A stretch of 32,000 nt of DNA from Vibrio vulnificus CMCP6 (GTDB lineage: Bacteria; Pseudomonadota; Gammaproteobacteria; Enterobacterales; Vibrionaceae). Below, one piece after another: positions 25,586-32,000 of this stretch (positions are counted from its first letter, which is position 1; each line of letters begins with the position of its first letter). The DNA lies in NCBI RefSeq assembly GCF_000039765.1, contig NC_004459.3, positions 2,896,104-2,928,103 of the forward strand. The letters run 5' to 3'. The position numbers and the translations under genes are program-made. Below the pieces are notes generated by a model, which had not been told where the DNA came from, did no database searches, and saw only the letters and a program-made list of their open reading frames with translations.

Positions 25586-26032
25586 ATGAAGCTTAGTTCA
25601 AAAACACTACTTGCTGCTATCTCAATGCCTATCCTAGTAACTGCGTGCGTAAGCAATGGTGACAACGTGAAACAATTAACAGCTCAAGATTTACAGCACC
25701 ATAATTGGGAACTCGTCAGCATTGATGGCAATGCCATTACAATCAACGAACATCAGCAAGCCCCTCGTCTTGAAGTGGGTGAAAACATGATGGCCAATGG
25801 TAACGCGGGTTGTAATAACTTCTTTGGCCAAGCCGAGCTGAAAGATAACCAGTTCCGCATTGAAAAAATGGGCATGACCATGAAGATGTGTATCGATGAC
25901 GCGATGAACACTGAACAAGCCGTCTCTCAAACCTTGTCTGACTGGAGTGATATCACCCTTACAAAAGACAGCCTAGTGTTGAAAAACAGCAACCACACGC
26001 TCACATTCACATTGAAAGATTGGAAAAACTAA
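25586..26032 (+). CDS. hslJ: Heat-inducible lipoprotein HslJ (META domain)
   Basis: Lipobox LVTAC/VSNG. It reads colinear with E. coli HslJ as I recall it (LQHHNWELVSIDGN..., GCNNFFGQAEL, MTMKMC). GGAG SD upstream. Confidence 0.85.
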   Translation: MKLSSKTLLAAISMPILVTACVSNGDNVKQLTAQDLQHHNWELVSIDGNAITINEHQQAPRLEVGENMMANGNAGCNNFFGQAELKDNQFRIEKMGMTMKMCIDDAMNTEQAVSQTLSDWSDITLTKDSLVLKNSNHTLTFTLKDWKN

Positions 26033-26052
26033 TCCAGTTTGATCGATTTTTT

Positions 26053-26078
26053 AGGGCCGCTTTTCGCGGTCCTTTTTA
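26053..26078 (+). terminator. Rho-independent terminator of hslJ
   Basis: AGGGCCGC(26053-60)/GCGGTCCT(26066-73, one G-T pair) with a 5-nt loop, followed by a T-run through 26078. Confidence 0.7.
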
Positions 26079-26231
26079 TTATCTCGCGACTCTATACCTC
26101 TCTTCCCCTCCTACATTCTCTCATCTTGCATCATGGGGCTTTCACTTTATTTCTCCGCATCTGTTCATAGAACCATCAAAAACTGAACAACTTGCACACA
26201 AAACTCGTAAACATTTCAATAAATTCAATTT

Positions 26232-26248
26232 TTTCATTCATAATGAAA
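26232..26248. promoter_or_regulatory. 17-bp palindrome TTTCATT-CAT-AATGAAA upstream of ynjB (candidate operator)
   Basis: Perfect 7-bp arms with a 3-nt spacer, about 63 nt upstream of the ynjB ATG. The cognate factor is unknown. Confidence 0.3.
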
Positions 26249-26310
26249 GAAAACCGAGACAAGCACGGTCTCTGGTTGCAACACACAAAGCTCAACATGA
26301 AAGGAATGTT

Positions 26311-27456
26311 ATGAAACGGCTGACAACACTACTGACTGGCGCGCTACTCTCTGCCAGCGTTTTTGCTACCACACCCTCTTGGCAACAAATCGAAGAAAAA
26401 GCACAAGGACAAACGGTCTTTTTCCATGCATGGGGCGGTAGCCAAGAGATCAATGACTATCTTCGTTGGGCTGGAGGCGAACTGAAAACTCGCTATGGTG
26501 TCACGCTTAAGCACGTCAAAGTCACCGATATTGCTGAAACCACCACTCGACTCATCGCAGAAAAAGCAGCGGGGAAAAACCAAGGCGGAAGTGTTGATAT
26601 GGTTTGGATCAACGGTGAAAACTTCAAGTCCATGAAAAACAATGATCTGCTTTACGGACCTTTTGTTGAACAGCTTCCAAGCTGGCAATATGTCAATAAG
26701 ACGCTGCCAGTAGACAGCGACTTTTCAGAACCCACACTTGGGCTCGAAGCGCCATGGGGTGTGGGCCAATTGGTGTTTATTCATGATGAAAAAACACTTA
26801 ACAATCCGCCCAGTTCGTTTTCAGAAATGCTGAGCTATGCAAAGGCGTACCCGAATCGCGTCAGCTACCCACGCCCTCCTCAGTTTCACGGCACCAGTTT
26901 TTTGAAAGCGGTGCTCATTGAGCTAACTGATAACGACCCAGCATTAGCGAAACCGGTCAACGAGCAAGAGTTTCAACTCATCACTAAGCCACTTTGGCAA
27001 TATTTGGATGAGTTTCACCGTGTTGCTTGGCGTCAGGGAAAACAATTCCCAACGGACAGCGCTGAGTCTTTTCAACTATTGGATGACGGCCAGTTGGATT
27101 TAGCCATCACCTTTAACCCAAATGCGGTTTACTCCGCCCAAGCGAATGGCACGCTAGCTGAATCAACCAAGACATTTGCTATGAGCAAAGGTGCGCTATC
27201 GAACATTCATTTCCTCGCCATTCCTTGGAATGCAAACGCAACGGAAGGGGCACTGGTTACCATCAACTTCCTGCTCAGTCCAGAAGCGCAGTCACGCAAA
27301 GGCGACCTGTCGATTTGGGGTGATCCCTCTGTATTAGAGAATCAGTATCTCACTGGCAGCGCTAAAAATACGCGCCTATTTAAATCGGTTGCTGAGCCAC
27401 ATCCAAGCTGGCAAACCGCGCTTGAAGCCGAATGGCAAAAGCGTTACGGCAATTAA
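26311..27456 (+). CDS. ynjB: ABC transporter periplasmic substrate-binding protein YnjB-like
   Basis: This is ORF 26020..27456 trimmed to the ATG at 26311 (AAGGAA SD), with signal peptide MKRLTTLLTGALLSASVFA/TT. It is the first gene of a ynjBCD-type cluster. Confidence 0.8.
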   Translation: MKRLTTLLTGALLSASVFATTPSWQQIEEKAQGQTVFFHAWGGSQEINDYLRWAGGELKTRYGVTLKHVKVTDIAETTTRLIAEKAAGKNQGGSVDMVWINGENFKSMKNNDLLYGPFVEQLPSWQYVNKTLPVDSDFSEPTLGLEAPWGVGQLVFIHDEKTLNNPPSSFSEMLSYAKAYPNRVSYPRPPQFHGTSFLKAVLIELTDNDPALAKPVNEQEFQLITKPLWQYLDEFHRVAWRQGKQFPTDSAESFQLLDDGQLDLAITFNPNAVYSAQANGTLAESTKTFAMSKGALSNIHFLAIPWNANATEGALVTINFLLSPEAQSRKGDLSIWGDPSVLENQYLTGSAKNTRLFKSVAEPHPSWQTALEAEWQKRYGN

Positions 27457-27494
27457 TTCGACCACAACCAAGAGCAAAGGCAAACGAGAGCACG

Positions 27495-29195
27495 ATGTTT
27501 AGAGCCGCTTATTTGATACTGATTTTAGTATGCATTGCCCCCGTTATTCCGGGCTTATTCGGCGTGTTGCTCTCGTCTTTTGGTTATATTCCTCCCGTTG
27601 GCTTGCACCAATTGTCTTCGGTCGGATTTGATGCGGTATTCACTTGGACTGGCGTGGAAAAATCCATCGCTTTGACGGTGTTTAGTGCTCTTTTCAGTAC
27701 CTACTTGGCTTGCTTGTTTACTTTCGCAATCTTGCAAGCCTTGTGGCAAAACCGCCATTGGAAAAAAGTGGAGTCGCTACTCTCTCCGCTGCTTGCGATG
27801 CCCCACGTGGCGTTTGCTATCGGTTTCGCCTTTCTCTTCTCTCCCACAGGGTTGGTTGCGCGAGTCGCTGCGCAAACGTTGGATGTTGGCCTATCAACGG
27901 ACGATAATGCTTGGTTTGTCAACGATCCGTATGCGTTGGGGTTGACCATTGCCCTCGCTCTGAAAGAAATCCCATTTTTGTTGCTCATGAGCGTGCCAGT
28001 GTTGCAACAGTTAAACGTGGCTCAGCTCAGTCAAGTCTCTGCCTCCATGGGCTATTCACCAGCACAATTCTGGTGGAAAACAGTCCTGCCTCAGTGGCTA
28101 CAAAAAATGCGTTTTCCACTGTTTGCTGTAATGGCTTATGGCGTTGCGGTGGTTGATCTCAGCTTGATCCTCGGCCCAACGAATCCTGCCACGTTTGCCG
28201 TATTGGTGTGGCAGTGGTTTAGTGATCCTGAGTTGGAGTTATTACCAAGAGCTGCCGCAGGTGCGATAGTTCTGTTTGTTATCGCCAGTCTGCTTATGGC
28301 AGCGATCGTACTGTTTGAAAAGAGTATCACGGGTTATTTTGGTCGCTGGCAGTATTCCGGTCGATTTGGTTTTTCGCTGCCAGGAAAAACACTCTTTGCT
28401 TTTTCAGCGTTACTGGCACTGACCATGTTTCCTTTGATGTTGCTCTGGAGCTTTGCCCACCGCTGGCGATTCCCCGATCTTCTACCCAGCCGTTATAGTG
28501 ATCGCTTTTGGCAGGCCGAATGGCAAAACGTACTGCCAACCGTAGAACAGAGTTTGCTTTTTGCCCTCGCTACAGCATGCGTGACTGTGCTTTTAGCCTT
28601 GGTGGCACATGAATACCGCGATAAGCATCGCATTCATCTTCCAGGTTATGTGATTGCCTTGCCGATGTTGATCCCGCAGCTTTCAATCTTATTTGGATTG
28701 CAAATTGCGACGCTTTATCTCTCGTCCGATGCCTATTCGCTTTGGGTATTGTGGTCACACGTGTTTTTTGCGTTTCCACTTGTTTATTTGGCTTTGGATG
28801 GCCCTTGGCGCAGCTACAACCACAACTACACGCGCGCCGCGCTCAGTCTTGGTAAAGCACCGATTTGGGTCTTTATTCGCATCAAGATGCCCATTCTGAT
28901 GCCGGCGATTTTGTATGCTTGGGCAGTCGGGGCAAGCGTGAGTCTTGCACAATATTTACCAACACTGATCCTCGGTGCGGGCCGCATCACCACCATTACC
29001 ACCGAAGCGGTGGCGCTCTCGAGCGGCTCAGATCGTCGCGTGACTGCCATTTACGCATTGTGGCAAGCCATACTGCCATTCGTTTTCTTTTCTATTGCCC
29101 TCTTTATTGGACATTTGCAAACGCGCCGCCATCACGCTCGCGTTAAGGACACTAAAACTCATGACGTTTTGTCTCGAAAACCTCGCCATCCATAA
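27495..29195 (+). CDS. ynjC: ABC transporter permease YnjC-like (duplicated BPD-type transmembrane domain)
   Basis: Polytopic protein with about 12 predicted TM helices. I prefer the start at ATG 27495 (MFRAAYLILILVCIAPVIPG...). The alternative ATG at 27432 would overlap the ynjB end. Confidence 0.8.
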   Translation: MFRAAYLILILVCIAPVIPGLFGVLLSSFGYIPPVGLHQLSSVGFDAVFTWTGVEKSIALTVFSALFSTYLACLFTFAILQALWQNRHWKKVESLLSPLLAMPHVAFAIGFAFLFSPTGLVARVAAQTLDVGLSTDDNAWFVNDPYALGLTIALALKEIPFLLLMSVPVLQQLNVAQLSQVSASMGYSPAQFWWKTVLPQWLQKMRFPLFAVMAYGVAVVDLSLILGPTNPATFAVLVWQWFSDPELELLPRAAAGAIVLFVIASLLMAAIVLFEKSITGYFGRWQYSGRFGFSLPGKTLFAFSALLALTMFPLMLLWSFAHRWRFPDLLPSRYSDRFWQAEWQNVLPTVEQSLLFALATACVTVLLALVAHEYRDKHRIHLPGYVIALPMLIPQLSILFGLQIATLYLSSDAYSLWVLWSHVFFAFPLVYLALDGPWRSYNHNYTRAALSLGKAPIWVFIRIKMPILMPAILYAWAVGASVSLAQYLPTLILGAGRITTITTEAVALSSGSDRRVTAIYALWQAILPFVFFSIALFIGHLQTRRHHARVKDTKTHDVLSRKPRHP

Positions 29196-29811
29196 ACGCT
29201 CGGGCGAGACGCTGTTTTCCGACATCAATTTAACGATTGACGCCGGTGAGATTGTTAGCTTAATGGGCCCAAGTGGTTGCGGAAAATCCACACTACTGAG
29301 CCTTATCGCCGGTCATTTGAGTGACGAATTTGAATACTCAGGCACGCTTTCGCTTAACCAACGTGATCTCGCACCTTTGGCCCCACACCAGCGTCAGGTG
29401 GGCATTTTATTTCAAGATGATATGCTCTTTCCCCATTTGAATATTTGGCAAAATTTGGCGTTTGCACTGCCCAACGACATCAAAGGGGCGGAGCGAAAAG
29501 CACAGGCTATCAATGCTCTCGACAAAATCGCGTTGTCTGAGTTAGCCGACTCTTATCCAGAGCAAATTTCCGGGGGACAACGGGCGCGGGTCAGCTTGAT
29601 ACGAATGCTATTAGCCAAACCACAAATGGCACTGCTCGACGAGCCATTTAGTAAACTGGATAAAGAACTGAGAGTGCAATTTCGCGACTGGGTAATCAGC
29701 CAACTGCAACAGGCCAATATCCCAGCACTGATGGTGACCCACGATATTGATGACGTGCCGCCAGGAAGCCGAGTGCTGCATTGGCCTTGGGAGCAGTGCC
29801 ATGTTAGATAG
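29161..29811 (+). CDS. ynjD: ABC transporter ATP-binding protein YnjD-like
   Basis: Trimmed to the ATG at 29161 (MTFCLENLAIHKRSGETLFSDINLTIDAGEIVSLMGPSGCGKSTL...). Signature ISGGQRARV and Walker B ALLDEPFS are present. It reads colinear with E. coli YnjD as I recall it. It overlaps the ynjC end by 35 nt. Confidence 0.85.
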   Translation: MTFCLENLAIHKRSGETLFSDINLTIDAGEIVSLMGPSGCGKSTLLSLIAGHLSDEFEYSGTLSLNQRDLAPLAPHQRQVGILFQDDMLFPHLNIWQNLAFALPNDIKGAERKAQAINALDKIALSELADSYPEQISGGQRARVSLIRMLLAKPQMALLDEPFSKLDKELRVQFRDWVISQLQQANIPALMVTHDIDDVPPGSRVLHWPWEQCHVR

Positions 29812-30424
29812 ATTTAGCATTAAAGTGATACGTTGGCCGCTGACGCAAAGTGCCCAAGTGCTCAACCATTATGGTGTCACCGCCAATCAGATCACCGTGC
29901 TCGGTTTTGTCTTAGGCTGTTTTGCCCTTCCCGCCCTAATGGCAGAGCAATACCTGCTGGCATTGGCTTTTATTGTTTTAAATCGAGTCTGCGATGGGCT
30001 TGATGGGGCGTTAGCACGCCTCCAAGGGATCACCGACGCCGGTGGTTTTCTCGACATCAGCTTGGACTTTCTCTTCTACTCGCTCGTTCCTTTTGGCTTT
30101 GTCTTGGCTAACCCAGAACAAAACGCCATTGCTGGCGCGTTTTTGATTTTCTCTTTCATTGGAACAGGCAGCAGTTTTCTCGCTTTCGCGGTAATGGCAG
30201 GTAAACGGGGCATTGATAACCCGGTTTATCAAAACAAATCGCTTTATTACATGAGTGGGCTGACCGAAGGCACAGAAACCATTGCATGTTTTGTGTTGTT
30301 CTGCCTCTTCCCACACTCTTTCGCGACACTTGCTTACCTCTTTGGTGCCGCATGTTGGTTCACGACAGGGACACGTATCTACTCTGGCTTTCATACTCTC
30401 AATCAGGTTGATGAAGAGGAATAA
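29801..30424 (+). CDS. ynjF: CDP-alcohol phosphatidyltransferase-family membrane protein YnjF-like
   Basis: Trimmed to the ATG at 29801, which overlaps the ynjD stop by 11 nt. It carries the family motif DGLDGALARLQGITDAGGFLDISLD (DG-x2-AR-x7-G-x3-D-x3-D). It reads colinear with E. coli YnjF as I recall it. Confidence 0.85.
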   Translation: MLDRFSIKVIRWPLTQSAQVLNHYGVTANQITVLGFVLGCFALPALMAEQYLLALAFIVLNRVCDGLDGALARLQGITDAGGFLDISLDFLFYSLVPFGFVLANPEQNAIAGAFLIFSFIGTGSSFLAFAVMAGKRGIDNPVYQNKSLYYMSGLTEGTETIACFVLFCLFPHSFATLAYLFGAACWFTTGTRIYSGFHTLNQVDEEE

Positions 30425-30529
30425 GACAAATTGATCGACGTCAATAGAACATCAACTTTTGCCTGAATGCGATGTTCAAATGACAACACCTTGGTAGCAT
30501 AACCGCTCAAAATCCCATAAGAGGCGGTT

Positions 30530-32000
30530 ATGTCCCAAACGATTGACCAAGCGGTGTTGAAAATCGCACTGAATTTAAGTTCAACCCTATCAAGCGAACA
30601 ACAGTACCAACACTTGATTGATGGCATCGCTTCAGTATTTCCTTGTGATGCCGCCGCGTTATTTGTATTTGACCAAGACGGTTTTCTTACGCCCGTTGCG
30701 GTGAAGGGCTTATCCCCAGCGGTATTAGGCCGACGTTATTTTCCCGCCACCCATCCCCGTTTAGAGCGTATTTTACAAAGTCGCCACACGGTGCGCTTTG
30801 ATGCCGATTGCGCCCTACCCGATCCCTTTGATGGTTCGCTGCTCACCGAAGATCAATGTATCGATGTGCACGATTGTCTTGGCAGCAGCCTTTATGTCGA
30901 CGGCCAATTGGTTGGTGTACTAACAATGGATGCTCTGACCGTCGGCGCCTTTGATTATCTCGACCCCGTGATGGTGGAAACCTTTACCGCCTTAACCGCG
31001 GCCACCTTGCGCAATATTGCCCAGTTCAAGGCCTTGAAAGCGCAAAACAAAAAGCAAAAAAGCGTCACGCAAACGCTGATCCAGCAAGCGCGATCCCAGC
31101 AAGGAGAAATGGTGGGATTTAGCCCGCAAATCAATCAGCTGCGCAAACAAATCACCACCGTTGCCCCTTCAGATTACGCAGTATTGATCATGGGAGAAAC
31201 GGGCACAGGCAAAGAGCTGGTGGCGCATAACGTTCATGCGCAATCGCATCGCAGTGACAAGCCGATGATTTACGTGAACTGTGCGGCGCTCCCAGAAGGA
31301 TTGGCCGAGAGTGAGCTGTTTGGGCATGTAAAGGGCGCCTTTACCGGCGCCAATCAACATCGTGCAGGGAAATTCGAGCTGGCTGATGGGGGCACTATTT
31401 TTCTTGATGAAGTGGGCGAGCTGCCTCTGGTACTGCAAGCCAAATTGCTGCGCGTGATTCAGCAAGGGGAATTGCAGCGAGTCGGCAGTGATAAACACCT
31501 GCTGGTGAATGTGCGCATCATTGCCGCCACCAACCGAGATTTGGAGAAAGAAGTCGAAACAGGCCATTTTCGCGCCGACCTTTTCCATCGTCTGAATGTT
31601 TTCCCAATCAAGGTTCCAGCCCTACGTGAGCGAGAAGGCGATATCCCAGTATTAGCCGGTTATCTGCTTGAAAAAGTTCGCCATCAATTCAATGAGCCTA
31701 ACTTGCATGTTCACCCAAAACTTTTGAACCAATTAGAGCATCTACCTTGGTATGGTAACGTTCGTGAACTAGAACACACCCTCACTCGCGCCGCTTTGCA
31801 TGCCATTCAACAAGGACAGACCACCATCAAAAGCGACCATATTGGGACACTGACAAATCAACTTGATGTCAAAAACACATCCACCCTCTTTCCTGAACAA
31901 ACTCAAGGGATGAGAGAGTTGGTCGAATCCTATCAAAAACAATTAATTGAACACGCTTTATCCCAATCGGATGGAATTTGGGCGAAAGCCGCAGAGTTTC
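30530..32000 (+). CDS. norR: Sigma-54-dependent transcriptional activator with N-terminal GAF domain, NorR-like (3' end beyond the window)
   Basis: An open plus-strand frame from ATG 30530 (GAGG SD) runs off the window end, so it is not in the ORF track. The GAF-like N-terminus (CDAAALFVFD...HPRLERIL...RFDADCALPDPFDG...DVHDCLGSSLYVDGQLVGVLTMDA) parallels E. coli NorR as I recall it. The AAA+ core is present (GETGTGKELVA, GAFTGA, ELFGHVKG, RADLFHRLNVFP). The name is less certain than the family. Confidence 0.7.
   Translation, partial: MSQTIDQAVLKIALNLSSTLSSEQQYQHLIDGIASVFPCDAAALFVFDQDGFLTPVAVKGLSPAVLGRRYFPATHPRLERILQSRHTVRFDADCALPDPFDGSLLTEDQCIDVHDCLGSSLYVDGQLVGVLTMDALTVGAFDYLDPVMVETFTALTAATLRNIAQFKALKAQNKKQKSVTQTLIQQARSQQGEMVGFSPQINQLRKQITTVAPSDYAVLIMGETGTGKELVAHNVHAQSHRSDKPMIYVNCAALPEGLAESELFGHVKGAFTGANQHRAGKFELADGGTIFLDEVGELPLVLQAKLLRVIQQGELQRVGSDKHLLVNVRIIAATNRDLEKEVETGHFRADLFHRLNVFPIKVPALREREGDIPVLAGYLLEKVRHQFNEPNLHVHPKLLNQLEHLPWYGNVRELEHTLTRAALHAIQQGQTTIKSDHIGTLTNQLDVKNTSTLFPEQTQGMRELVESYQKQLIEHALSQSDGIWAKAAEF

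Noticed and set aside
26020-26310. N-terminal extensions in the ORF track: 26020 for ynjB, 19512 GTG for DUF1800, 12290 for the 220-aa protein, 13486 for bcr, 1136 for TetR, 7400 for ybjT, 17209 for the kinase, and 29095/29747 for ynjD/ynjF.
   Set aside because: The extensions run through terminators or neighbouring genes and lack SDs. They would also bury signal peptides or conserved N-termini. Internal ATGs with SDs give products that start like their homologues.
26081-26310. TPP riboswitch or Fur box upstream of the thiamine-like ynjB binding-protein gene.
   Set aside because: There is no CUGAGA / ACCUGAUCUGGAUAAUGCCAGCG-type TPP core. The TTTCATTCATAATGAAA palindrome does not align acceptably with the GATAATGATAATCATTATC Fur consensus.
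1-32000. Search for mobile elements, integrases, CRISPR repeats, tRNA/rRNA genes, toxin-antitoxin pairs and known defence-system gene signatures.
   Set aside because: No regularly spaced repeats, terminal inverted repeats, recombinase-like ORFs or cloverleaf-type sequences were seen. Gene content and synteny look like a conserved chromosomal backbone, so I do not claim an accessory island here.

Overview
The window looks like ordinary chromosomal backbone of a Vibrio-like gammaproteobacterium. That organism call is inferred from recognisable protein sequences and synteny and was not checked by any search. I call 27 protein-coding genes, two of them truncated by the window edges. I see no rRNA, tRNA, CRISPR array, transposase, integrase or phage genes.

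Left to right:
- PsrA-like TetR regulator followed by a FadE-like acyl-CoA dehydrogenase (minus strand; the fadE gene runs off the window start)
- nhaA
- three-gene ABC ATPase / double-FtsX permease / AttH-like lipocalin operon
- ybjT-like SDR
- CPA1 Na+/H+ exchanger fused to a C-terminal cyclic-nucleotide-binding-like domain
- the enterobacterial-type block bcr-rsuA-radD(yejH)...rplY, with a PepSY / response regulator / histidine kinase module sitting between radD and rplY
- a lipoprotein DUF1800 plus Tat-exported DUF1501 pair
- a Cache-HAMP-GGDEF diguanylate cyclase with an AGDEF motif
- a roughly 0.9 kb gene-poor gap holding an orphan 73-codon ORF behind a long structured leader
- a DUF1289 gene and hslJ
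- ynjB-ynjC-ynjD-ynjF
- the 5' part of a NorR-like sigma-54 activator

I do not see a convincing novel multi-gene defence, secretion or mobile system. The stretches most worth follow-up are:
- the orphan promoter/leader/small-ORF locus at 24.2-25.1 kb
- the DUF1800/DUF1501 pair and its C-rich, G-poor leader
- the ABC-AttH operon
- the exchanger with a degenerate cNMP-binding domain
- the ynjD-ynjF coupling
- an orphan plus-strand terminator between psrA and nhaA that may mark an sRNA
- a triple TTCA direct repeat in front of the PepSY / two-component module

All family names come from my reading of the translations. No database search was run.
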